NCBI RefSeq assembly: GCF_013167455.1
Contig: NZ_CP038330.1
DNA: 64,000 bases
Direction: 5' to 3' (one strand)
Source: Escherichia coli O157:H7
GTDB taxonomy: Bacteria > Pseudomonadota > Gammaproteobacteria > Enterobacterales > Enterobacteriaceae
Shown: positions 9,635-18,187 of the stretch, in pieces
How the letters are laid out: every line of letters begins with the position of its first letter
Numbering within the stretch: position 1 is the stretch's first letter
The notes under the pieces: generated by a model
What the model was told of the DNA's origin: nothing
What the model saw: the letters and a program-made list of their open reading frames with translations, nothing else
Databases searched by the model: none
Translations under genes and position numbers: made by a program

Positions 9635-10013
9635 TTCGGTCCCCTTGTACCAAAGGCTCGACAACCAGCTCTTGAGCTTCGTCCCAGTCGGACACCTTTG
9701 CATCACCAAACGCAAAGGCAATTCGCATAGCCACTGTCGGCCTGCCTATTTTCATCAAGTAAGCCGCAGCACCGGCACACATCGACTCTTGTCCCGAAGG
9801 TGCATAGTTACCCTCTTCATCCCATTCACCACCTGACTTTGAGTGCACGGTCTTGTGGCAATGAAACGTCGTCATGTCGTTTTCAACGATGTCGTTGATG
9901 ATGCCTTCTAATCGCCCAGGGGCCAGCTCGATAGCGCCCTCCTTCCGGAATGGACAGTTGGCGCAAGGTTTCTTCAAACGGAGATGATTTGCTTGCTTTG
10001 GCATACATATCAC
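9627..10013 (-). CDS. hypothetical Cys/His-rich protein; first gene of operon
   Basis: CANCPF...HCHK motifs; followed without gaps by ten same-strand genes down to 4108. Confidence 0.45.
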   Translation of the reverse strand: MICMPKQANHLRLKKPCANCPFRKEGAIELAPGRLEGIINDIVENDMTTFHCHKTVHSKSGGEWDEEGNYAPSGQESMCAGAAAYLMKIGRPTVAMRIAFAFGDAKVSDWDEAQELVVEPLVQGDRNE

Positions 10014-10102
10014 TTTTACAGCATCATTTTATGATTCTATGATATAGCCATATTCCGTGTAGTCAATATCTCACTAACAATTACTTTCTATCGGACGCTT
10101 AC

Positions 10103-10119
10103 GCGCCCATTTTGGGCAG
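10103..10119. promoter_or_regulatory. candidate activator box GCGCCCATTTTGGGCAG
   Basis: CC-W5-GGGC inverted-repeat motif ~90-105 bp upstream of the operon start at 10013; similar boxes at 400-416, 36339-36353, 50344-50366. Confidence 0.35.
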
Positions 10120-10178
10120 ATAGACAAGTTATTTGGGCGTTTGGGCGTTTGGAGTGTGCGAGGTGGACAGCGGGGAGA

Positions 10179-10194
10179 CTTTCACATGTGAAAG
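10179..10194. promoter_or_regulatory. 16-bp palindrome CTTTCACATGTGAAAG (copy 1 of 5)
   Basis: Perfect palindrome in the divergent intergenic region; identical copies at 13594, 44203 (core), 50310, 58351. Confidence 0.6.
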
Positions 10195-10330
10195 TTTTGT
10201 TTCTTGGTATCGTTTTATTGTCTCTTGATATTATTTTATGATGCTGTAATAATCATAAATAAGGGCCGCATCGCTCTTCGACCTTCGTTGCAGCCCTTAC
10301 AACACAATCAAGCAATTAAGGAGCTTTGTT

Positions 10331-10474
10331 ATGCTGCAAGGCAATACTAACACGAATAAGCGCATCCCGCTCGCGGCGTTCATGAAATGGCCGCTGGCGA
10401 AACGTCAGGACTTCATCGACCGGGAAATGTCCGGTTGCCCCGACTTTATCAAGACGTCTTTGCTTCGGCATTAA
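10331..10474 (+). CDS. small hypothetical ORF (47 aa)
   Basis: ATG preceded by AAGGAG; followed by a hairpin terminator; below the ORF-track size cutoff. Confidence 0.3.
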   Translation: MLQGNTNTNKRIPLAAFMKWPLAKRQDFIDREMSGCPDFIKTSLLRH

Positions 10475-10496
10475 GGCGATCAGGCAGGAAAGCAAA

Positions 10497-10527
10497 GAAC
10501 CTCGCTTCGGCGGGGTTCTTCGTTTCT
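10497..10527 (+). terminator. terminator-like hairpin
   Basis: AGAACCTCGC-TTCG-GCGGGGTTCT stem-loop followed by a T-rich run. Confidence 0.4.
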
Positions 10528-10565
10528 ACCTCTTGAATGTTTCGTCAGAACAAACTGGAGCGCTT

Positions 10566-11201
10566 ATGTCACCAGAAACACAGCAACTTACATCCAAGGC
10601 TTTATCTCTCATCGAGCAGTCCCGATACAGAATGGGCACATCTCGGTTTGTTGAGGCCTTTATTGACCAGTGGGCATACTTGCAGACTGGCCTATACCCA
10701 GCCAAGGAGGAGATCCCGGAAGAACTTCAGCCGGTCGCCTTCGAGCTCTCTCACGTCCTGTCTGCCGCCATTAAGCGCGACCCCACCAGCGATGTTTTGG
10801 GTTACGTCCTAAGCATGTCTGGCTTCCACAAGAAGGGCACCAATTACTTCCCCACTCCTCCAGAGATTGGCCGCTTGATGTCACTCATTGTTGGCTCACA
10901 GTCTTCGGCAGACTTTTATGAGCCCTGCTGTGGTTCTGGCATCAACGCCATTCACTGGATGGAAAACCTGATCGAGAACCACGGTCCCGAAGCATTGAGA
11001 GAAGCCTCAATCTACCTGGAAGACATCGATCCGTTGATGGTGAAGTGCTGCATGATCCAGCTATTCCATTATTTCGAGTCCCGCAATACCACTCCCAAAA
11101 CGCTGAGTATCGTCGGCATAGACACCCTTAGCAGACGAACCAAGAACATCGCCTACTACGCCGAAAAACCTCCAGCAACCGCCGCTACCGTGGCAGCATA
11201 A
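10566..11201 (+). CDS. SAM-binding N6-adenine methyltransferase-like protein, short (211 aa), lacking the NPPY catalytic motif
   Basis: YFPTPPEIGRLM and DFYEPCCGSGINAI match the TP..V and DPxCGSG motifs of gamma-class N6-MTases; no NPP(Y/F/W) before the stop; ATG at 10566 with GGAG RBS. Confidence 0.45.
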   Translation: MSPETQQLTSKALSLIEQSRYRMGTSRFVEAFIDQWAYLQTGLYPAKEEIPEELQPVAFELSHVLSAAIKRDPTSDVLGYVLSMSGFHKKGTNYFPTPPEIGRLMSLIVGSQSSADFYEPCCGSGINAIHWMENLIENHGPEALREASIYLEDIDPLMVKCCMIQLFHYFESRNTTPKTLSIVGIDTLSRRTKNIAYYAEKPPATAATVAA

Positions 11202-11228
11202 AAAAACCCGCCGATTGGCGGGTTTTGC
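11200..11228. terminator. bidirectional rho-independent terminator
   Basis: AAAAAAACCCGCCGATTGGCGGGTTTT between convergent genes. Confidence 0.65.
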
Positions 11229-11253
11229 ATTCAATGCGCTGCTCTATGGCACC

Positions 11254-11526
11254 TTACAGTTTTCCGTACCGGTTCAAGAACGAAGACCTGTCTAAGATCC
11301 CCCAGTCTGTCAGCATGTAGTAGCCGGTGGCACCTCGTTCGCCGGTAGACTCCCTGACGAACAAGATATTCATTCCGAACTCATCACGCAGGGCAGACAA
11401 CTGTCTCTTGATCGTTGATTCAGGAATATTTGTTGCCTTGTGAAGGTCTTGGAGACTTGGCTTCTCCGTTTTAGACAGGGCATTCACCAAAGCAAATTTT
11501 CTTTTCATGTCCTGTGAGATCTTCAT
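11254..11526 (-). CDS. small HTH DNA-binding protein, third gene of the parAB operon
   Basis: ATG at 11526 with AGGTG RBS (track shows GTG at 11532); immediately downstream of parB as orf 053 is in IncC plasmids (recollection). Confidence 0.45.
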   Translation of the reverse strand: MKISQDMKRKFALVNALSKTEKPSLQDLHKATNIPESTIKRQLSALRDEFGMNILFVRESTGERGATGYYMLTDWGILDRSSFLNRYGKL

Positions 11527-11574
11527 ATTCACCTGTTCTTGACAGGCCCAACCTCTCTGGCTGGGCCTCCTTTA

Positions 11575-12756
11575 TTAGCCTTCGACACTCAGGAGTTCAA
11601 TGTCTGACACAGGCACATGAACATGCTTTTCCTTGCCTTCGCCATCGAGCGTTTTAACCCAGACAGTAGACGGAACCAGAGCAACACGGTCGGTCATGAT
11701 GACTCCACGTTTGGTCTCGCCATCCAGGTTAACGTTGACAGCAAAAATCAAACTGTCAGCCCGGACGTTCTTCCATTCCTTGTCCTTCGGCAGAGGAGGA
11801 AGAGCATCACCGCCTTCTTCATCTTTGTCCTTGCCGCTGTTATCTGGCTGCTTGACAGGATCTTTGTGCTCACCCTCTTCATCACGCAAAGGGTCTTCGT
11901 CATCATCGTCCTGACCATTGGAATTTTTACCCCCTTCCAGTTCCTCCTGGGCAAGGTTCAGGTCGTCATTCCCGGTTTGTTCCGACGTACCATCCCCACC
12001 CGAGTTGAGGGATTGCTCGTCGGTGTTGCCAGCGCCAAGCTCATCATTCTGGTGGGAGCCAGTCAGTGGGCCTTTTTCCATTTCGTCTTTGATACGTTTG
12101 GCATCATTCAGCAGCTCACGGCTTTGTTTACGAGTAATCCCGTCAGACATAGCCACCGCGCAGACGGCGCGACATCTTTCTTCATTCAGATCGAACAAGA
12201 GACGAAGGTTATTCAAGGTCTCTGTATCAGAACATACTTCATTATCGTATAACTCACGCACACAGTCAGGTAGCTTGAGCAACGACAGATGCGTAGATAC
12301 GAAAGTGATATTCTTACCGAGCCGATCAGCAATATCCTTTTGCTTCCAACCTTCTTCAATAAACAGGTTTAACGCCTCGGCAATCTCTACCGGAGTCAAG
12401 TCATCCCGCTGGATGTTTTCGATCAGCTCACCAGCAGTCTCGTCCAAGTTGTTCTGGACCTTATCATTCACCACCAAGTCAATGGTCTCGATACCAGCGT
12501 GTTTACACGCTCTCCAACGCCGCTCCCCTTTTTGGATGACGAACTTGCCTTCTTCGTTCTTCGGGAACACGATGATCGGAGACTGCTGCCCTTCGGTCAG
12601 CAAGGTTGCCGCCAGCTCTTCAATGTTACGGAAGCGCTTACGAACCTGGACCTTGGATACAACGTCGTCAACAGGTACGGTAAGAACCTCTTTGCCTTTC
12701 TTGCCTTTGGCGGCTTTAGCAAGTTCGGACAGGCCTTTTAAATTGTTCAATGCCAT
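11575..12756 (-). CDS. parB: ParB partition protein (ParB/Spo0J nuclease-like domain)
   Basis: 393 aa; ParB N-terminal domain (IIVFPKNEEGKFVIQKGERRWRACKHAG); acidic low-complexity C-terminal half; directly downstream of parA. Confidence 0.85.
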   Translation of the reverse strand: MALNNLKGLSELAKAAKGKKGKEVLTVPVDDVVSKVQVRKRFRNIEELAATLLTEGQQSPIIVFPKNEEGKFVIQKGERRWRACKHAGIETIDLVVNDKVQNNLDETAGELIENIQRDDLTPVEIAEALNLFIEEGWKQKDIADRLGKNITFVSTHLSLLKLPDCVRELYDNEVCSDTETLNNLRLLFDLNEERCRAVCAVAMSDGITRKQSRELLNDAKRIKDEMEKGPLTGSHQNDELGAGNTDEQSLNSGGDGTSEQTGNDDLNLAQEELEGGKNSNGQDDDDEDPLRDEEGEHKDPVKQPDNSGKDKDEEGGDALPPLPKDKEWKNVRADSLIFAVNVNLDGETKRGVIMTDRVALVPSTVWVKTLDGEGKEKHVHVPVSDIELLSVEG

Positions 12757-12759
12757 CGC

Positions 12760-13551
12760 TTAGCCCACCTTCTCTAATAGTTCTTCCAACACCGCCTCAA
12801 CTTCTTTGGCCGCGACATGTCCATAGCGAAGCTCCCAGACAGGGATGCCATCAGTCGTCGCCGTATCGAGCGGAGGCCGGTGCATAATTTTGTTCTCAAA
12901 CAACAGATCCGGAACTGTGTTCTCCAGCGACTTGAGGGCTTTGTCGTGATTGACAGAGCGGTCCATGTCGTTGATCACGATGCCCAGGATCTCCAAATCT
13001 TGGTTGTACGCCTCGCGCACACCAATAATCGTGTTCAGGAGACCTTCTACGCCGTCCACAGCGAAGCCAGAGAGCTTTACTGGACATGCCACATGGGTAG
13101 ACATCACCAACGCTGCCACCAGCTTTCTGCCGAGGCTAGGCGGACAATCAATCAGCACGTAGTCGTAGTTCTCAAACAGCTCAGCCAAATGGCGAGCCGG
13201 ATTCATGGCCTGGTCAAGAGGCACAGCCTCCATCTCAAACAGATCCGGGTCGTTTTTCGGCGTATGAATGAGGTCTGCACCGCAAGGGCAGTGCATGACC
13301 TCAATGCCGTCCAGCTCGTAAGCGAACAGCTCTGCGGTTTTGGTTCCTGTGAGGATGGGCTCGTAGTCACCATCCTCAAGCTCTCGTCTGGGGGCCAGTC
13401 GAGAGGACGTGTTCCCCTGACCATCCATATCCAAGACCAGCACTTTCTTTTTCTTCTGTAACGCCAGATAAAAGGCCTGCTGGATACAGAGGGTACTCTT
13501 ACCCACTCCGCCTTTCTGGTTGGCGAAGCTGATTACTTTTGCCATACCCAC
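12760..13551 (-). CDS. parA: ParA partition ATPase (type I, deviant Walker A)
   Basis: KVISFANQKGGVGKST deviant Walker A; ParA/MinD family length. Confidence 0.9.
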   Translation of the reverse strand: MGMAKVISFANQKGGVGKSTLCIQQAFYLALQKKKKVLVLDMDGQGNTSSRLAPRRELEDGDYEPILTGTKTAELFAYELDGIEVMHCPCGADLIHTPKNDPDLFEMEAVPLDQAMNPARHLAELFENYDYVLIDCPPSLGRKLVAALVMSTHVACPVKLSGFAVDGVEGLLNTIIGVREAYNQDLEILGIVINDMDRSVNHDKALKSLENTVPDLLFENKIMHRPPLDTATTDGIPVWELRYGHVAAKEVEAVLEELLEKVG

Positions 13552-13593
13552 CTCTATTTTGGTTTCTCGCAGGTGATCAAGACCACCCCCAAA

Positions 13594-13638
13594 CTTTCAC
13601 ATGTGAAAGATTGTAGCGATCATAAAATGATACTGCAA
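13594..13638 (-). promoter_or_regulatory. parA promoter with overlapping palindromic operator (copy 2)
   Basis: Minus-strand -35 TTGCAG (13633-13638), 17-bp spacer, -10 TACAAT (13610-13615), then palindrome CTTTCACATGTGAAAG (13594-13609) at the predicted start site. Confidence 0.6.
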
Positions 13639-13718
13639 TATCTAATTATGGTTCTGTTAAAACAAACTTTAAACAAAAAAACGGCCATGAAGGCCGCTTA
13701 TTGACAAGGTTTGTGCTG

Positions 13719-14030
13719 TCAGCGCAATTGATTTGCTGCTCCAAGCCCATTCGCCAATAACTGCATCGCATCGTTGAACAGCGCGGAGCCCCGTTCCGGT
13801 GTGAGCAATTCCGGCATATCTTCTCGCGGCCAAGTACCGGCTACTTGAATGAGCAAACTGGCAGCCCAGTGGATCTGCTTTTCTTCACTTTCATCGGCCA
13901 GAGTGCATACGACGGGGAAACCGTACTTACGCCCCCAGCGACTCACCTCTTTGAACGATACCAGCTCAGGCTTTTGCAAATCCCGGCTGTAGGCCTCAGC
14001 TATCATGTGGTTCAGTTCTTTAGCGTCCAT
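13719..14030 (-). CDS. hypothetical protein; last backbone gene before the resistance island
   Basis: 103-aa ORF with hairpin downstream (~13687-13703). Confidence 0.45.
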   Translation of the reverse strand: MDAKELNHMIAEAYSRDLQKPELVSFKEVSRWGRKYGFPVVCTLADESEEKQIHWAASLLIQVAGTWPREDMPELLTPERGSALFNDAMQLLANGLGAANQLR

Positions 14031-14336
14031 TTATCCCACTCTATTGTAAACAAGACATTTTTATCTTTTATATTCAATGGCTTATTTTCCTGCTAATTGG
14101 TAATACCATGAAAAATACCATGCTCAGAAAAGGCTTAACAATATTTTGAAAAATTGCCTACTGAGCGCTGCCGCACAGCTCCATAGGCCGCTTTCCTGGC
14201 TTTGCTTCCAGATGTATGCTATTCTGCTCCTGCAGCTAATGGATCACCGCAAACAGGTTACTCGCCTGGGGATTCCCTTTCGACCCGAGCATCCGTATGA
14301 GACTCATGCTCGATTATTATTATTATAGAAGCCCCC

Positions 14337-15152
14337 ATGAATAAATCGCTCATCATTTTCGGCATCGTCAACATAACCTCGGACAGTTTCTCCGATGGAG
14401 GCCGGTATCTGGCGCCAGACGCAGCCATTGCGCAGGCGCGTAAGCTGATGGCCGAGGGGGCAGATGTGATCGACCTCGGTCCGGCATCCAGCAATCCCGA
14501 CGCCGCGCCTGTTTCGTCCGACACAGAAATCGCGCGTATCGCGCCGGTGCTGGACGCGCTCAAGGCAGATGGCATTCCCGTCTCGCTCGACAGTTATCAA
14601 CCCGCGACGCAAGCCTATGCCTTGTCGCGTGGTGTGGCCTATCTCAATGATATTCGCGGTTTTCCAGACGCTGCGTTCTATCCGCAATTGGCGAAATCAT
14701 CTGCCAAACTCGTCGTTATGCATTCGGTGCAAGACGGGCAGGCAGATCGGCGCGAGGCACCCGCTGGCGACATCATGGATCACATTGCGGCGTTCTTTGA
14801 CGCGCGCATCGCGGCGCTGACGGGTGCCGGTATCAAACGCAACCGCCTTGTCCTTGATCCCGGCATGGGGTTTTTTCTGGGGGCTGCTCCCGAAACCTCG
14901 CTCTCGGTGCTGGCGCGGTTCGATGAATTGCGGCTGCGCTTCGATTTGCCGGTGCTTCTGTCTGTTTCGCGCAAATCCTTTCTGCGCGCGCTCACAGGCC
15001 GTGGTCCGGGGGATGTCGGGGCCGCGACACTCGCTGCAGAGCTTGCCGCCGCCGCAGGTGGAGCTGACTTCATCCGCACACACGAGCCGCGCCCCTTGCG
15101 CGACGGGCTGGCGGTATTGGCGGCGCTGAAAGAAACCGCAAGAATTCGTTAA
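14337..15152 (+). CDS. sul2: sulfonamide-resistant dihydropteroate synthase Sul2
   Basis: 271 aa, MNKSLIIFGIVNITSDSFSDGGRY..., recognised as Sul2. Confidence 0.97.
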   Translation: MNKSLIIFGIVNITSDSFSDGGRYLAPDAAIAQARKLMAEGADVIDLGPASSNPDAAPVSSDTEIARIAPVLDALKADGIPVSLDSYQPATQAYALSRGVAYLNDIRGFPDAAFYPQLAKSSAKLVVMHSVQDGQADRREAPAGDIMDHIAAFFDARIAALTGAGIKRNRLVLDPGMGFFLGAAPETSLSVLARFDELRLRFDLPVLLSVSRKSFLRALTGRGPGDVGAATLAAELAAAAGGADFIRTHEPRPLRDGLAVLAALKETARIR

Positions 15153-15212
15153 CTGCACATTCGGGATATTTCTCTATATTCGCGCTTCATCAGAAAACTG
15201 AAGGAACCTCCA

Positions 15213-16016
15213 TTGAATCGAACTAATATTTTTTTTGGTGAATCGCATTCTGACTGGTTGCCTGTCAGAGGCGGAGAATCTGGTGATTTTGTTTTTCGAC
15301 GTGGTGACGGGCATGCCTTCGCGAAAATCGCACCTGCTTCCCGCCGCGGTGAGCTCGCTGGAGAGCGTGACCGCCTCATTTGGCTCAAAGGTCGAGGTGT
15401 GGCTTGCCCCGAGGTCATCAACTGGCAGGAGGAACAGGAGGGTGCATGCTTGGTGATAACGGCAATTCCGGGAGTACCGGCGGCTGATCTGTCTGGAGCG
15501 GATTTGCTCAAAGCGTGGCCGTCAATGGGGCAGCAACTTGGCGCTGTTCACAGCCTATCGGTTGATCAATGTCCGTTTGAGCGCAGGCTGTCGCGAATGT
15601 TCGGACGCGCCGTTGATGTGGTGTCCCGCAATGCCGTCAATCCCGACTTCTTACCGGACGAGGACAAGAGTACGCCGCAGCTCGATCTTTTGGCTCGTGT
15701 CGAACGAGAGCTACCGGTGCGGCTCGACCAAGAGCGCACCGATATGGTTGTTTGCCATGGTGATCCCTGCATGCCGAACTTCATGGTGGACCCTAAAACT
15801 CTTCAATGCACGGGTCTGATCGACCTTGGGCGGCTCGGAACAGCAGATCGCTATGCCGATTTGGCACTCATGATTGCTAACGCCGAAGAGAACTGGGCAG
15901 CGCCAGATGAAGCAGAGCGCGCCTTCGCTGTCCTATTCAATGTATTGGGGATCGAAGCCCCCGACCGCGAACGCCTTGCCTTCTATCTGCGATTGGACCC
16001 TCTGACTTGGGGTTGA
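15213..16016 (+). CDS. strA: aminoglycoside 3''-phosphotransferase APH(3'')-Ib
   Basis: 267 aa, MNRTNIFFGESHSDWLPVRGGESGDFVFRRG..., recognised as StrA. Confidence 0.97.
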   Translation: MNRTNIFFGESHSDWLPVRGGESGDFVFRRGDGHAFAKIAPASRRGELAGERDRLIWLKGRGVACPEVINWQEEQEGACLVITAIPGVPAADLSGADLLKAWPSMGQQLGAVHSLSVDQCPFERRLSRMFGRAVDVVSRNAVNPDFLPDEDKSTPQLDLLARVERELPVRLDQERTDMVVCHGDPCMPNFMVDPKTLQCTGLIDLGRLGTADRYADLALMIANAEENWAAPDEAERAFAVLFNVLGIEAPDRERLAFYLRLDPLTWG

Positions 16017-16852
16017 TGTTCATGCCGCCTGTTTTTCCTGCTCATTGGCACGTTTCGCAACCTGTTCTCATTGCGGACACCTTTTCCAGCCTCGTTTGGA
16101 AAGTTTCATTGCCAGACGGGACTCCTGCAATCGTCAAGGGATTGAAACCTATAGAAGACATTGCTGATGAACTGCGCGGGGCCGACTATCTGGTATGGCG
16201 CAATGGGAGGGGAGCAGTCCGGTTGCTCGGTCGTGAGAACAATCTGATGTTGCTCGAATATGCCGGGGAGCGAATGCTCTCTCACATCGTTGCCGAGCAC
16301 GGCGACTACCAGGCGACCGAAATTGCAGCGGAACTAATGGCGAAGCTGTATGCCGCATCTGAGGAACCCCTGCCTTCTGCCCTTCTCCCGATCCGGGATC
16401 GCTTTGCAGCTTTGTTTCAGCGGGCGCGCGATGATCAAAACGCAGGTTGTCAAACTGACTACGTCCACGCGGCGATTATAGCCGATCAAATGATGAGCAA
16501 TGCCTCGGAACTGCGTGGGCTACATGGCGATCTGCATCATGAAAACATCATGTTCTCCAGTCGCGGCTGGCTGGTGATAGATCCCGTCGGTCTGGTCGGT
16601 GAAGTGGGCTTTGGCGCCGCCAATATGTTCTACGATCCGGCTGACAGAGACGACCTTTGTCTCGATCCTAGACGCATTGCACAGATGGCGGACGCATTCT
16701 CTCGTGCGCTGGACGTCGATCCGCGTCGCCTGCTCGACCAGGCGTACGCTTATGGGTGCCTTTCCGCAGCTTGGAACGCGGATGGAGAAGAGGAGCAACG
16801 CGATCTAGCTATCGCGGCCGCGATCAAGCAGGTGCGACAGACGTCATACTAG
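16016..16852 (+). CDS. strB: aminoglycoside 6-phosphotransferase APH(6)-Id
   Basis: 278 aa starting MFMPPVFPAHWHVSQ at the internal ATG overlapping the strA stop. Confidence 0.97.
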   Translation: MFMPPVFPAHWHVSQPVLIADTFSSLVWKVSLPDGTPAIVKGLKPIEDIADELRGADYLVWRNGRGAVRLLGRENNLMLLEYAGERMLSHIVAEHGDYQATEIAAELMAKLYAASEEPLPSALLPIRDRFAALFQRARDDQNAGCQTDYVHAAIIADQMMSNASELRGLHGDLHHENIMFSSRGWLVIDPVGLVGEVGFGAANMFYDPADRDDLCLDPRRIAQMADAFSRALDVDPRRLLDQAYAYGCLSAAWNADGEEEQRDLAIAAAIKQVRQTSY

Positions 16853-17431
16853 ATATCAAGCGACTTCTCCTATCCCCTGGGAACACATCAATCTCACCGG
16901 AGAATATCGCTGGCCAAAGCCTTAGCGTAGGATTCCGCCCCTTCCCGCAAACGACCCCTGGAAGCCCCGTAGCGACGCGGAGAGGGGCGAGACAAGCCAA
17001 GGGCGCAGGCTCGATGCGCAGCACGACATAGCCGGTTCTCGCAAGGACGAGAATTTCCCTGCGGTGCCCCTCAAGTGTCAATGAAAGTTTCCAACGCGAG
17101 CCATTCGCGAGAGCCTTGAGTCCACGCTAGATCTATCTCATCTGCGCAAGGCAGAACGTGAAGACGGCCGCCCTGGACCTCGCCCGCGAGCGCCAGGCGC
17201 ACGAGGCCGGCGCGCGGACCCGCGCCACGGCCCACGAGCGGACGCCGCAGCAGGAGCGCCAGAAGGCCGCCAGAGAGGCCGAGCGCGGCCGTGAGGCTTG
17301 GACGCTAGGGCAGGGCATGAAAAAGCCCGTAGCGGGCTGCTACGGGCGTCTGACGCGGTGGAAAGGGGGAGGGGATGTTGTCTACATGGCTCTGCTGTAG
17401 TGAGTGGGTTGCGCTCCGGCAGCGGTCCTGA

Positions 17432-18082
17432 TCAATCGTCACCCTTTCTCGGTCCTTCAACGTTCCTGACAACGAGCCTCCTTTTCGCCAATCCATCGAC
17501 AATCACCGCGAGTCCCTGCTCGAACGCTGCGTCCGGACCGGCTTCGTCGAAGGCGTCTATCGCGGCCCGCAACAGCGGCGAGAGCGGAGCCTGTTCAACG
17601 GTGCCGCCGCGCTCGCCGGCATCGCTGTCGCCGGCCTGCTCCTCAAGCACGGCCCCAACAGTGAAGTAGCTGATTGTCATCAGCGCATTGACGGCGTCCC
17701 CGGCCGAAAAACCCGCCTCGCAGAGGAAGCGAAGCTGCGCGTCGGCCGTTTCCATCTGCGGTGCGCCCGGTCGCGTGCCGGCATGGATGCGCGCGCCATC
17801 GCGGTAGGCGAGCAGCGCCTGCCTGAAGCTGCGGGCATTCCCGATCAGAAATGAGCGCCAGTCGTCGTCGGCTCTCGGCACCGAATGCGTATGATTCTCC
17901 GCCAGCATGGCTTCGGCCAGTGCGTCGAGCAGCGCCCGCTTGTTCCTGAAGTGCCAGTAAAGCGCCGGCTGCTGAACCCCCAACCGTTCCGCCAGTTTGC
18001 GTGTCGTCAGACCGTCTACGCCGACCTCGTTCAACAGGTCCAGGGCGGCACGGATCACTGTATTCGGCTGCAACTTTGTCAT
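17432..18082 (-). CDS. tetR: tetracycline repressor TetR(A)
   Basis: 216 aa from MTKLQPNTVIRAALDLLNEVGVDGLTTRKLAERLGV; ORF track over-extends the N-terminus. Confidence 0.95.
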   Translation of the reverse strand: MTKLQPNTVIRAALDLLNEVGVDGLTTRKLAERLGVQQPALYWHFRNKRALLDALAEAMLAENHTHSVPRADDDWRSFLIGNARSFRQALLAYRDGARIHAGTRPGAPQMETADAQLRFLCEAGFSAGDAVNALMTISYFTVGAVLEEQAGDSDAGERGGTVEQAPLSPLLRAAIDAFDEAGPDAAFEQGLAVIVDGLAKRRLVVRNVEGPRKGDD

Positions 18083-18084
18083 GC

Positions 18085-18140
18085 TTGACACTTTATCACT
18101 GATAAACATAATATGTCCACCAACTTATCAGTGATAAAGA
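18085..18140. promoter_or_regulatory. tet operator/promoter region
   Basis: Two palindromic operators (TTTATCACTGATAAACA and CTTATCAGTGATAAAGA) between divergent tetR and tet(A). Confidence 0.7.
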
Positions 18141-18187
18141 ATCCGCGCGTTCAATCGGACCAGCGGAGGCTGGTCCGGAGGCCAGAC

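Noticed and set aside
11617-12763. Long plus-strand ORFs (11617..12252, 11918..12763) antisense to parB
   Set aside because: They lie entirely inside the well-supported parB gene on the opposite strand, have low-complexity Ser/Leu-rich translations and no RBS; artefacts of the biased parB sequence.
14258-14687. Minus-strand ORFs overlapping the sul2 start
   Set aside because: Overlap the recognised sul2 coding sequence; spurious.
17158-17669. Plus-strand ORFs (17158..17400, 17298..17669) between strB and tetR
   Set aside because: Arg/Ala-rich translations in a GC-rich junction, partly antisense to tetR; likely remnants of the junction sequences rather than genes.
18113-18187. Track start of tet(A) at 18113
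   Set aside because: That frame start overlaps the tet operators; the recognised TetA(A) N-terminus begins at the GTG at 18188.
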